The notes below the pieces were generated by a model. It was given only the letters and a program-made list of their open reading frames with translations. It did no database searches and was not told the origin of the DNA. The translations under genes and the position numbers were made by a program. Positions 1 to 9,298 of a DNA stretch of 64,000 nt are shown here, one piece after another. Each line of letters begins with the position of its first letter. Position 1 is the stretch's first letter. This stretch comes from a virus. Lineage: Duplodnaviria > Caudoviricetes. Location of the stretch: positions 78,929 to 142,928 of IMG/VR virus record IMGVR_UViG_3300015607_000582; one strand, written 5' to 3'.

Positions 1-156
1 GTGAGGTGGGTTGGCGACCATGTCCGCGTGTGCAGCACGAGCGCATGCGCTCCGCGTGACGGTGTGAGCCGACGCCTTGGACGGTGCCGCTGCCAGCGCA
101 ATGAGCGCGACTGCAGCGATGGCGATGGCTGTAGTGACGAGCTTGGATCCCTTCAT
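1..156 (-). CDS. Secreted protein with N-terminal signal peptide (partial, runs off window start)
   Basis: Not in ORF track. GGAGG RBS then ATG at 156: MKGSKLVTTAIAIAAVALIALAAAPSKASA|HTV..., with basic N-terminus, hydrophobic core and AxA cleavage site. Confidence 0.7.
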   Translation of the reverse strand, partial: MKGSKLVTTAIAIAAVALIALAAAPSKASAHTVTRSACARAAHADMVANPPH

Positions 157-205
157 GGGGTCCTCCAGTTTAGCCTACAGGGACGGCGCTCCGATCCGAA
201 GATGC

Positions 206-236
206 AGAACGCAAACGACCCTCCGGAGAGGGTCGC
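206..236 (-). terminator. Intrinsic terminator-like hairpin
   Basis: CGACCCTC-TCCG-GAGGGTCG followed by TTTGCGTTCT on minus strand, just after the RNase H gene. Confidence 0.6.
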
Positions 237-242
237 TGGTGC

Positions 243-268
243 ATCATAGACTACCCGTCGGACGAACC
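243..268 (-). promoter_or_regulatory. Class A (putative middle) promoter
   Basis: GGTTCGTCCGAC-N8-TATGAT. Confidence 0.7.
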
Positions 269-984
269 TACTCCGCAGCCGCCTCGCATGCCTGACGGCC
301 GAGGTCGTCGGCGAGGGCGTTCTGGGCACGGGGGATCCACTTGAACGTGACCCGCTCGAACTCGCGCACGAGGCGGCGCAGCTCGCCATGGAACTCGATC
401 AGGTTCTCGGCACGCACCGCGTACTGGCCAGACGCCTGACGCATCACGAGCTGCGAATCGCCATGGGCGCGCACGACACGCGCCCCCAGCTCGCGGCAGC
501 GGTACAGGCCCGCAATGAGCCCGCACCACTCGGCTTCGTTGCTGGTGACGTCGTCGGGCAGGACACGGCCGCTCTGGTCGAGGATCATGCCGTCGACGTC
601 ACGGATGACGAACCCGTAGCACGGGGCGGGTGACATGCCGCCGTCGCTGTAGAGGTGGACTTCCACGGCCTGCTCCTCGCTCTCGAATGAGCCACGAAGT
701 GCCGCAATCGTTGCGTCGATGCCGCGCTTCCTGATCTCGATGTGGTGGATGGTCTCGTCCAGCTCGGCACGGCTCGTGATGAGGTAGTAGCCGCCGCCGT
801 GGACCGAGCCGATAAGGTGCCCGGCCTTGCGCAGGCGGCTGACCATGAAGCCGATAGCGCGCTGGTTCACCTCCAGCTTCTGCGCCAAGTCGAAGCTCGA
901 CCGGGCGGCGTCCTTGCCCTCGCCCAAGAGTTCCAGCAGCGAGGCGTCAATGCCTCGATCTGCTGCGTGGACGATCTCAGTCAC
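268..984 (-). CDS. rnhA: Winged-HTH domain fused to ribonuclease HI
   Basis: C-terminal RNase HI motifs YSDGG, TSNEAEW, GDSQLV, WIPRAQNALAD. N-terminal wHTH (LAQKLEVNQRAIGFMVSRLRKAGHLIGS..GGYYL). Confidence 0.85.
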   Translation of the reverse strand: MTEIVHAADRGIDASLLELLGEGKDAARSSFDLAQKLEVNQRAIGFMVSRLRKAGHLIGSVHGGGYYLITSRAELDETIHHIEIRKRGIDATIAALRGSFESEEQAVEVHLYSDGGMSPAPCYGFVIRDVDGMILDQSGRVLPDDVTSNEAEWCGLIAGLYRCRELGARVVRAHGDSQLVMRQASGQYAVRAENLIEFHGELRRLVREFERVTFKWIPRAQNALADDLGRQACEAAAE

Positions 985-1658
985 GGAGCCTGCCTCCCAT
1001 GCTCCACGAAGGCCGCCATGGCGACCGGCGCGATCTCGAACGCCATCTCCTCGATGGCCTCGGCGTAGACCTTGATCTCGTACTGGGCCCGGTCGTCGTT
1101 GCGCAGCGAGAGGAAGTTCATCAGCGAGCGGAGGTTGCAGCTCCAGACCATCTTGCTGTACGTGTTGACGGGCAGCACGAGGCGGGCGATCTCCTTCGCG
1201 ACGCCATCGCGGAGCATGGCCTCGTACGTGTCGAATGCCCTATTGCACGAGGCCGTGATGCCGTCTCGGACTGCGCGGGCCTTGCCGTCATCCTCGATGC
1301 GCTCGTAGGTGTACGCGCCCGCCTTGCCCTTCTGCTCGCGCACGTTGTCGCGTGCGGGGACGTAGAACAGGCGAGGCAGCTCGACGTAGCGCCCGCTCAT
1401 CTCGTTGATCGACGCGATGCGATGGCGGTGCCACTCGCGGAACACGAAGATCGGGGCCTGCACCTCGAACATGAGGTTGACCATCTCGAACGGCGTGCCG
1501 TGACGCTCGCGAGCGAGGAAGTTGATAAGCCCGCGATCCGCGTCGCTCAGCTCCTCGCGCTTCGTGTTGTACGACGTGCGAGCAGCGTTGACGATGTTGA
1601 GGTCGCCGCCCATGCTGTCGACGAGGTTGACGTAGCCGTGGTCGAGGACGTCGGTCAT
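981..1658 (-). CDS. thyX: Flavin-dependent thymidylate synthase ThyX
   Basis: RHRIASINEMSGRY motif, HGTPFE, AKEIARLVLP, NLRSLMNFLSLR, AQYEI. Start MTDVLDHG at 1658. Confidence 0.95.
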   Translation of the reverse strand: MTDVLDHGYVNLVDSMGGDLNIVNAARTSYNTKREELSDADRGLINFLARERHGTPFEMVNLMFEVQAPIFVFREWHRHRIASINEMSGRYVELPRLFYVPARDNVREQKGKAGAYTYERIEDDGKARAVRDGITASCNRAFDTYEAMLRDGVAKEIARLVLPVNTYSKMVWSCNLRSLMNFLSLRNDDRAQYEIKVYAEAIEEMAFEIAPVAMAAFVEHGRQAP

Positions 1659-1948
1659 CCCTGACCCTCCGTCTCCATCGCCAGCTTCTTGCGGAGCTTG
1701 GCCGCGCGCTTGAGCGCCTTGCCGCGATTGAGCCGCCCGACGCGACGCCACCACGGCAACTCCAGCATCGACCAGATGAGGTTCACCTCGTCGACGATGT
1801 CGTTGATGACACGCTCGTTGAGCTGCAGAACCTCCTCGATGAACCCCGCCTGCTTGTTGACGACGTCACCAAGCGAGATGACGTCATCCTGCAGCGCGTC
1901 GAAGGCTTCCTGCCCGAGTTCCATGTGTTCGATCCTCCAGTTGCTCAT
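1655..1948 (-). CDS. Hypothetical protein
   Basis: MSNWRIEH... with overlapping start/stop junctions on both sides and GC3-rich codons. Confidence 0.65.
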   Translation of the reverse strand: MSNWRIEHMELGQEAFDALQDDVISLGDVVNKQAGFIEEVLQLNERVINDIVDEVNLIWSMLELPWWRRVGRLNRGKALKRAAKLRKKLAMETEGQG

Positions 1949-2145
1949 GATGCGGCGAATGCTCCGATGATCTCGCCGTTGTCGCCGTAGTAGACCTTCA
2001 CCTGCTCTCCGAGGCGGACGCCGAAGCGCCGAGCCATGTCGCTGTCCGCGTACATGAACTCGGGCTTCGCGCCGTTGGCCGCCGCCATCAGTCCGGCCCG
2101 GAAGCCGAGCTGGAAGCCGCGCTCGAAGTTGCACTCGCTGGTCAT
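1945..2145 (-). CDS. Hypothetical protein, likely leaderless
   Basis: MTSECNFERGF.... ATG lies 7 nt after the -10 hexamer of the class A promoter. Confidence 0.7.
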   Translation of the reverse strand: MTSECNFERGFQLGFRAGLMAAANGAKPEFMYADSDMARRFGVRLGEQVKVYYGDNGEIIGAFAAS

Positions 2146-2152
2146 GTGTCGA

Positions 2153-2178
2153 AGCGTACCGACCGCGTCGGACGAACC
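2153..2178 (-). promoter_or_regulatory. Class A (putative middle) promoter
   Basis: GGTTCGTCCGAC-N8-TACGCT-N7-ATG. Confidence 0.75.
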
Positions 2179-2179
2179 G

Positions 2180-2638
2180 TCAGCGACCCAGCACCACGCT
2201 GGCCTGCGCCAGCACCCGCTCGCGCAGCTCACGCAGCTCGGCCGAGCGTGCTTCGAGGAAGTCGGCCGGAGGCTCCTCGTCGTGCTCGGCCATGTACTCC
2301 TCGTAGGCCATCTCCTTGGCGTACTTGGCGTACGTGCCCGGCACGAACGTGAACGTGTGGATGAGGTACGGCTCGCCCATGGCGGTGCAGATGAGGTCGA
2401 CGACACGCAGGCCGACCATCGGCTCCTCGTGGTTGAGGATCCTCGTCACCTGCCGAGGCGAGAGCCCCTCAATCGGCGCAGTCCAGCGCGACAGGTCGAA
2501 CTCGTAGTCGTGCTCCTCGGCCGCCTCCTTGAGCCGCTCGATGAACGGCCTGAGCACCGCCGACACCTCCCATACCGGCACCTGACTGCAGTCGTTGCGG
2601 CTGATCTTGGGCACGCTGACGCCAGAGGTGGATCCCAT
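2180..2638 (-). CDS. XRE-like helix-turn-helix protein
   Basis: GLSPRQVTRILNHE..VGLRVVDLICTAMG resembles an XRE HTH. GGGGAG RBS. Confidence 0.6.
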   Translation of the reverse strand: MGSTSGVSVPKISRNDCSQVPVWEVSAVLRPFIERLKEAAEEHDYEFDLSRWTAPIEGLSPRQVTRILNHEEPMVGLRVVDLICTAMGEPYLIHTFTFVPGTYAKYAKEMAYEEYMAEHDEEPPADFLEARSAELRELRERVLAQASVVLGR

Positions 2639-2798
2639 GATTTTCTCCCCGTTGTAGTCCCACTGCGACCGGCGTCCCGAGCCGGTTGCATGATGTGCGC
2701 CGGGAGGCTACCCCAAGTGCATGATGGACTACACGAAGAGGCCACGAGATGGCCGCATAAGTGTGCTCCGAGCGGCGTTTATCGCCCTCAAGGTGGGT

Positions 2799-5700
2799 CT
2801 ACTGCTTGGGCCTGAAGGGGTCACCCGCCGCGCTCAGCGCAGCGATGTCGTCGTAGTTGACCCACCCGGTGGCGTAGTGCGGATGGAGCTTGCCGACATC
2901 GTTGAGCGGGATGTGGACGAGCACCATCTTCATGAACGGCTCGATGTCGACCACCTCGCCCCGGCGTCCGGGCTGCAGATCCGCATACTGGTCGCGCCAC
3001 TCGGGTGCGCCATTCGGGCCGCTGTCGGCGTTGACGCGCTGCTGCAGCTCCGGGTGCCACCCAAGGTCGAGCGTCCGGTAGATGGGCAGACCGTCCTGCG
3101 ACTCGCCGATGGGCTGCGCGCCCGGAATCGGGATCTTGCCCCCGCGCACCTCCAGCGTCACGGGCTTGCGGAGCTGGAAGATGGCCTTCTGGTTGCTCTT
3201 GCGCGACATGGCGTACCACGCCTCGACATCCTGCTCCGCCCCGAAGTGGAACTCGGAGCGACGCAGGGCCGTGACCGAGGCGAGCACCGCCACCTTGATG
3301 CGCTCGTAGCGGTACGGGTCGCCCGCCATCTTCCTGACCTGCGCCTCGTAGTGCTCATGCGCGAAGCAGACCGGCACCTCGTCCCCTCCGCCGAACCGCA
3401 TGATCGTCTTGGCGGGCTCGCCGCAGTGACGACACACGGGGGCCGCGACCTTCGAGTACAGGTGCGCCGGGTGGGTCGGAGACCAAGCGATGGCGTTGGC
3501 TGGAGCGCCCGGCTCGTCCACCCGCCGAGCACTGGGCTCGATGAGCGGCTGCTGGGGGCGCGGCCCCTCGGGGTGCTCAGACAGGTTGTGCTCGGGCACC
3601 CACCGCTGGCCCTTGGACGTGTCGTCGTAGCGAACCTCGTACTGCCAGTACGAGCCGACCGCGTGGGCCGAGCCATTGTTCGTCGGATCGAGCCACCTGC
3701 GCTCGACGACCACTCCGGGCTCGCGCAGGTAGCCCACGTAGGTGTGCGCGCCGACCTCGAACTTGGGCGGCGTGGTCAGGTGCGACAGCGGCACCTGCAT
3801 GTGCTTCACGCCCGGCAGGGTGGCCGCCGCAGGGGCGACTGCATTCCCGAGCGGATAGTCGGAGGCGGGTCGGCCATTGACGGCAGGGAAGTTGACCAAG
3901 AACGGGTTGTGCGGATCCTGCTCGACGCCCTCCAGCGGCTCCTCGCCCCACCTGCGATGTCGGACGTCAGTCAGGTTCGACTTGAGCAGCTCGAAGCCGT
4001 GCAGGATGCTGTTGTAGAATCGTTCGAGGTGCGTGCCGGTGTCGAACTGCTGGTTGTTCTGCTCGCGGGCATGGGCACTGACACTCCGCACCGCACCGGC
4101 AGCGACGTTCAGCTCGCCGACGATGCGCGTGGCGATCCGGATCAGCTCCGGTCGAAGCGGATCGCCGCGCTCGTCGGTCGGGGACGTCAGGAAGCGACGC
4201 TGCAGATTGCGGGCCATCTCCTCAAGCGAGCCCGCCGTACCGTCGGGATTGCTGAAGCCCCAGTTGCGACCGCCGTGAGCCTCCATGTTGCAGCCCGCCG
4301 TGGCGAGAGCCGCGATGGCCTGAGACAGCTCGTCCTCGTCGTAGTTGACGCCCCAACTCGACTCCTCGGTGCCACTCAGTTCAAGGATGTGCTCGACCAG
4401 CTCCTCCTCGACCTTCTCCCAGTCGATCTCATCGACGTAGTGCGCTTCTTGGTAGTCGCGCGTCTCGCCGTCGTCGTCGTACTCGTACTCGCTGCTGGCG
4501 GTGAAGCGGTCGAAGTCGTCCTTGAAGTCGATGGCGTCGTCGAGGTCGGTGATGCTGAACGACTCGCCGTCGTGCCAGTAGTCGCCGTAGTGCTCGCGCC
4601 GCTCCTCCAGCCGCCGCTCCTCGTCGTAGCCGAACTCGTGATGGTCGTAGGCGGCGCTGTCGTTCTCCTCTGATCGGTCGACGGTGATGTCGTACTTGGC
4701 GGCGACGTCGTTGTAGAAGCGCACCATGATGTCGGAGACAGGGTTCTTGCCGGAGCGTTCGACGCTGCGCTCGTCGAGCGGCTGGTTGTCGTTGGCGCGC
4801 ACCTCCAGCGGCACCCACTCGTTCGCGTAGGGAAAGCCGCCACGCCTCCCGCGCAGACCGATGAACAGCGACGCGAGCGGTCGACCCGACTGACTCCGCA
4901 GGCCGACGGCGATCTGGTTGCCGTCGTAGATCGGCGCACGGTACTGCTCGCCGTATGAGCTGTCAGAATCGGCGTAGCAGTGGCTGAGCATCTCACCATG
5001 GCGCTCCATGGAGTCGCTGTCGTTCGGGTCGAGGACGACCGCGTAGTTGCCCTTCTTGTCCTCCCAGACCTTCTTGTCCTCGTCGTCCCAGTAGATCGAG
5101 TTCGTCTCGGGGTCGAGGCCGATGCTCTCCAGCTCCCCCACCCACGAGCGCAAGCTGGAGAAGTCATCGCCCTTGGGGTCGAAGCCGCCTCCGCCAACCT
5201 CGCGGTCGCCGTACATCCGCTGCCACTCGATGAAGGGGATCGCGTTGTCGAGCGTCGAGAGGTCGTAGCTGTTGACGGGGTTGAGGCGCTTGGCCTTCAC
5301 CTCCTCGGCGATCCACGGGTAGATGGTCGCTGCCTCGGGATCCAGACCCTCGATGAGCTGGGAGATGACCTGCAAGTTCGTCAGCCCGGCACCCTCGCCG
5401 TCGTACTCGCTGCCGCGCTTGACCATCTTCGGCGGCTTCGACCACCCCTCGACACGGAGCTGCGCGATCCAGTAGGCGTCGCCGATGATCTCCCTGATCT
5501 CCTCGGTCAGGGGAACCTTGCGCTCCTGTCCGTCGCCGAGATCGAGGAACAGCTCATCCGAGAGCGGGATCGCGCGCAGGCTGTGGCGGACTTTGCTGAC
5601 ACGCCAGAGGTTGCCGGGGGAGATGGTGAAGTGGGCGTCGTTGTCCCAGCCCTCATCGGAGTCTGGCTGGACGCCCGCCTCGCGCATGATCGCATCGAAG

Positions 5701-6023
5701 AGCTTGACGTACTCGCCGCCCCATCGACGCCAGATGAACTCGGGCGACGTGTTGCGCACGACGTCGCCCTCCATGATCCGACGCGGGTCGAACGGCTCCT
5801 TGGCCCACTTCTGGGGCTCAAGCTGCTTGAGCAGCGACTCGCGCTTGCGCTCCGCGTACTCGGGGTCGACCGCCGCCGTGCGACGAAGACCAGACGCCAG
5901 CGAGCGCATGACGTAGTCGTGAACCGGGTTGGTTCGATGCACCTCGCCGCAGTGGGGGCACGGGCGCTCGTCGTCGCCACCGATCCAGTTGGCGAGCGTG
6001 CCTTCGCTCCATCCGTCGATCAT
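2799..6023 (-). CDS. Polyvalent multidomain protein 3 (Zn-knuckle, PcfJ-like domain, acidic region, SH3-like, Zn-finger)
   Basis: PcfJ-like pattern SMERHGEMLSHCY...GLRSQSGRPLASL...EVRANDNQP. CPHC and CRHC..C.AH motifs. SH3-like PKFEVG..PGVVVE..YEVRYDD..WVPEHNL. Confidence 0.7.
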   Translation of the reverse strand: MIDGWSEGTLANWIGGDDERPCPHCGEVHRTNPVHDYVMRSLASGLRRTAAVDPEYAERKRESLLKQLEPQKWAKEPFDPRRIMEGDVVRNTSPEFIWRRWGGEYVKLFDAIMREAGVQPDSDEGWDNDAHFTISPGNLWRVSKVRHSLRAIPLSDELFLDLGDGQERKVPLTEEIREIIGDAYWIAQLRVEGWSKPPKMVKRGSEYDGEGAGLTNLQVISQLIEGLDPEAATIYPWIAEEVKAKRLNPVNSYDLSTLDNAIPFIEWQRMYGDREVGGGGFDPKGDDFSSLRSWVGELESIGLDPETNSIYWDDEDKKVWEDKKGNYAVVLDPNDSDSMERHGEMLSHCYADSDSSYGEQYRAPIYDGNQIAVGLRSQSGRPLASLFIGLRGRRGGFPYANEWVPLEVRANDNQPLDERSVERSGKNPVSDIMVRFYNDVAAKYDITVDRSEENDSAAYDHHEFGYDEERRLEERREHYGDYWHDGESFSITDLDDAIDFKDDFDRFTASSEYEYDDDGETRDYQEAHYVDEIDWEKVEEELVEHILELSGTEESSWGVNYDEDELSQAIAALATAGCNMEAHGGRNWGFSNPDGTAGSLEEMARNLQRRFLTSPTDERGDPLRPELIRIATRIVGELNVAAGAVRSVSAHAREQNNQQFDTGTHLERFYNSILHGFELLKSNLTDVRHRRWGEEPLEGVEQDPHNPFLVNFPAVNGRPASDYPLGNAVAPAAATLPGVKHMQVPLSHLTTPPKFEVGAHTYVGYLREPGVVVERRWLDPTNNGSAHAVGSYWQYEVRYDDTSKGQRWVPEHNLSEHPEGPRPQQPLIEPSARRVDEPGAPANAIAWSPTHPAHLYSKVAAPVCRHCGEPAKTIMRFGGGDEVPVCFAHEHYEAQVRKMAGDPYRYERIKVAVLASVTALRRSEFHFGAEQDVEAWYAMSRKSNQKAIFQLRKPVTLEVRGGKIPIPGAQPIGESQDGLPIYRTLDLGWHPELQQRVNADSGPNGAPEWRDQYADLQPGRRGEVVDIEPFMKMVLVHIPLNDVGKLHPHYATGWVNYDDIAALSAAGDPFRPKQ

Positions 6024-9000
6024 CGCCAGTTCTCCTCGAAGTTGCTCATGTCAGTCGACCGCTCAGCGATCAGGTTGTCAGGGCCGACCCATCCCTCGTG
6101 ACCGTCATCAAACTGGACGTGGTAGACGGTGCCACCCTCGAAGAGGCCGTCGGGCTCATGCTTGACCTCGATCACCCGGCCCGGCTTGTCGATGACCTCC
6201 GGCCAGTCGGGGATCTTGGCACGGGCATCTGGATGCGTGACGAGGCGGTAGATGACGCGATCTCCGCCCTTGAAGCGGTAGTCCGTCGCGCGCAGCTCCT
6301 CGGGCACCTCGTGGATGCGGCGGTTGTACTCGGCTCGATGAAGTTCGGTCCACGCCTGCCGCTCGTCCTCGTCCATCTCGCCATCAAGGTAGCGGCGGTT
6401 CTGCTCGGCCATGAAATCATCGACTCTGCCGTCGGCACGCCAGTAGTCTTCGTACTCGTCGCCCACAGACGAGTACGTGCCGGGGAACTGGGTCGGGTTG
6501 CCGGGGTTCTCCCAGCCGGGCGGGTTCGCGCCGGGGATCGACGTCGGGTTGGTCGGCGGCACCGGCTGACCGCCGGGCGGCGCGGTGATGTCGAACAGCT
6601 TGAACTGGCCGGGGCCGGGGCCCTTCTTGCGCTGCGGCGGGGTGAACGGGTTCGCCGGGCGCGGCGCGATGGGGCCGGGCGGCGGGCCCGCAGGCTGCGC
6701 TGGCATCTGCTGCTCGATCTGCTCGCGCATGTCCGGCAGCGAGATGATCGGCGGCTTGTCGTCGGGGCTGAACGAGCGCGGGAGCTTGTCGAGATCGAGG
6801 CCGAGGTCGGCCCGCTGCTCGTCCATGCCGGGAATCTGGCCCTTGTTGCGCTCGAACAGCTCGTCCTCCGAGAACGGGGTGACGCGCTGGCCCGGCGCGG
6901 GCTTGAAGGCGGGGTCGAGCGCCTTCAGCTCCTCGATGCCTTCGAGCGGATGCGACTTGCTCGCCCAGTACAGCGCCCGGACGTGAGAGCACGGGCGGCC
7001 CTCCAGCCGCTTCCACTTGCGAGTGCGCCCCCACGCATACTGCGACCACTTGCAACCGCAGTGCCACATGTCGATGCTGGACGACCTCGGGTCAGTCGAC
7101 TCGATCTCGACCTCGTAGTCGCCATGGTCGCCGATGACATGGCCCTGCGTGAGGATGCCGGGCTTGGTGGGGTGAATGCCGTGGTAGTTGACGGTGACCT
7201 TGCCATCGCGAATCAGGCGCATGGACTTCTGCATGGTGTTCTCGGCCACCACGAGGCGCATCCCGAGCCCGAGCCCCGCGACCTTCGCGATGTGCTCCCC
7301 GGTCAGCTTCTCGATTGCGGGATGGAGCCCCGCGTTGGCGATGGCCTTGTACGCCACGTTGGCGTCGCTGAAGTCTCCGAGCCCGGCGCGCTGTGCCTCC
7401 TGCCGCGACTTGTGGAGCTGGTGCCAGAACTCGCGTGCCGCATCGGGCGCGTACATGAGCAGCAGCTTCATCTTGTCGACGACCATCTCGGCGTAGGCGC
7501 GCAGCGAGGGGCGCACCTCCTTCGCCATCGACTTGTCCGGCGGCACGATCCACTCGCGCTTGTCGAGGTCGTAGCCCGAGCGCAGGCCGGGCTTGTACAG
7601 GTCCTCGCGGCGGATGTCAGCCGGAACCACGTACGCCTGCAGCGGGATGTCAGTTCCCGGCAGCTTGGTGCCGTCGACGCTGCCGACCATCACCTTGACG
7701 AGGTCGGCCCGAACCCAGTCGGGCATCCGGGCGGCGTCGACGAAGAGGCTGACGTCGAAGTCGGACGGGCCGGTGTCATCGTACTGGTACGTCGTCAGCG
7801 AGCCGGTCAGGACGAGCGACAGGTACTGGTCGGGGTCAGGCCATCCGGCGGCGACCATGGCGTCGGTGATGGTCTTGCGGACGAAGTCGATGATCTCGGG
7901 CTTGACGTCAGGGGTCGCCGACGACGGGTTGTCGAAGACGTGCGAGCTGAGCTGGTCGCGCACCGGGTCGAGGATGTTCGCAGTGCGCCGCTGGCGCAGG
8001 TGCGGGTAGTCGTCAAGGATCGCCTCGTCAATCGCATCGAGGTCAATACCTCGCTGAAGCGCATCCTTGACGAAATCCTCGTGCGTCCAGAGCCACGACT
8101 TGTCTGGCACGACGCCCGATACGCTGCCGACATCCTCGGCTTCGTTCTGGTACCAATACCCAGTGTCGTCCCACCCCTCGTTGATGGCGTGGTTCGCGTA
8201 TGCGTCGCCCGAACCTCCGTGCCAGTCCCCCATGTCCCCGCCGTTGAACGGATACCCCATCTCGTGAGCGTCCGCCATATCGTCTTCTCGATGGGGAGAG
8301 ACACGAACGGGGATGAAGGTCGGCTTGGTGTGCCAGTCCTTGGGCCCCTTGTGCCATGTGTCCGCAGTCTCTGCGCGCAGCGCATCGAGCGGCTCGTGCG
8401 GCTGCCACTTGAGGCTGCTGGCATTGCCGCCAGCGAGATTCGCAGTCATCGCTTCGTACGCCGCCTTCTGCGTGCCGAAGTGGATGACGCCGTCCCCCAT
8501 CTCCCCGGCCGGGGTCGCGTGCCAAAGCGTGTCGGGGTGACGCTCGAACTCCCACTTGGTCATCTCATGGGGCTCGCGCTCATCATGGCGAAGGCTGCCC
8601 GAGCCGGGCTCTACACGATGCTCCCAGTCCTCCCAGAGCGCGTGCGCCTCGGCGATCATGCGCTCGGTCTCGTGGTACGGGTCGATCAGGTCGCCCGTGG
8701 CGAGTGACACGAGTACGCGGTCGCGGTCGACCGACGCGAGATGGCGCTCGGCGGTCTCGAAGCCGATCATCGCCACGCGCACGAGCGCGCCCGGCCCGCA
8801 GTGACGGGTGACGACCTCGCGCACGGTGTCGGGCTCGACGCCTTCGACGGCGATGTGGAGGTCGCCGGGCTGCATGGGCCGTCGCTGGACGACGTCGCGG
8901 ACGGTCTCGCCTGCGACGTAGACGGTGCCGTACTCCAGCAGCTCCTGCGCGGGCTCCCAGAGCGGATCGCAGGCGAGGAGCTTGATGCACTTGGCCGCGA

Positions 9001-9298
9001 TGTTCGACGACGCGAGGCGGTACCGCTCCTCGCCGACCAGCCGGTAGATGTGCTTGATCTCCAGCTCCGGGTGCATGGTGTACCAGAGCCGCGTCAGGTG
9101 GAACACCGTCCACGGCATGTCCGTGTCCGTGCGGATCTGCAGATTGCCCTTCGGGTCGTAGACGCCTTCGACGATGCCGCCGGGGTTGAACTTACCGGAG
9201 ATGTCTGCGTGCCGCTCGCCGGGCTGGCCGACGTAGACGCGGTCGCCCTCGATGTCGTAGATCATCGGGATGGGGCCATGCAGCTCGACGTCAGGCAT
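6020..9298 (-). CDS. Polyvalent multidomain protein 2 (degenerate CCA/polyA-polymerase head, ART-like, Pol-beta nucleotidyltransferase, SWIM finger, Pro-rich linker, SH3-like)
   Basis: VYVAGETVRD. LWHATP..IHFGT..YQNEAED. VLTGS..SDFDV. CGC..GRPCSH. FKGGDRV..PGRVIEV..YHVQFDDG..WV. Confidence 0.75.
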   Translation of the reverse strand: MPDVELHGPIPMIYDIEGDRVYVGQPGERHADISGKFNPGGIVEGVYDPKGNLQIRTDTDMPWTVFHLTRLWYTMHPELEIKHIYRLVGEERYRLASSNIAAKCIKLLACDPLWEPAQELLEYGTVYVAGETVRDVVQRRPMQPGDLHIAVEGVEPDTVREVVTRHCGPGALVRVAMIGFETAERHLASVDRDRVLVSLATGDLIDPYHETERMIAEAHALWEDWEHRVEPGSGSLRHDEREPHEMTKWEFERHPDTLWHATPAGEMGDGVIHFGTQKAAYEAMTANLAGGNASSLKWQPHEPLDALRAETADTWHKGPKDWHTKPTFIPVRVSPHREDDMADAHEMGYPFNGGDMGDWHGGSGDAYANHAINEGWDDTGYWYQNEAEDVGSVSGVVPDKSWLWTHEDFVKDALQRGIDLDAIDEAILDDYPHLRQRRTANILDPVRDQLSSHVFDNPSSATPDVKPEIIDFVRKTITDAMVAAGWPDPDQYLSLVLTGSLTTYQYDDTGPSDFDVSLFVDAARMPDWVRADLVKVMVGSVDGTKLPGTDIPLQAYVVPADIRREDLYKPGLRSGYDLDKREWIVPPDKSMAKEVRPSLRAYAEMVVDKMKLLLMYAPDAAREFWHQLHKSRQEAQRAGLGDFSDANVAYKAIANAGLHPAIEKLTGEHIAKVAGLGLGMRLVVAENTMQKSMRLIRDGKVTVNYHGIHPTKPGILTQGHVIGDHGDYEVEIESTDPRSSSIDMWHCGCKWSQYAWGRTRKWKRLEGRPCSHVRALYWASKSHPLEGIEELKALDPAFKPAPGQRVTPFSEDELFERNKGQIPGMDEQRADLGLDLDKLPRSFSPDDKPPIISLPDMREQIEQQMPAQPAGPPPGPIAPRPANPFTPPQRKKGPGPGQFKLFDITAPPGGQPVPPTNPTSIPGANPPGWENPGNPTQFPGTYSSVGDEYEDYWRADGRVDDFMAEQNRRYLDGEMDEDERQAWTELHRAEYNRRIHEVPEELRATDYRFKGGDRVIYRLVTHPDARAKIPDWPEVIDKPGRVIEVKHEPDGLFEGGTVYHVQFDDGHEGWVGPDNLIAERSTDMSNFEENWR

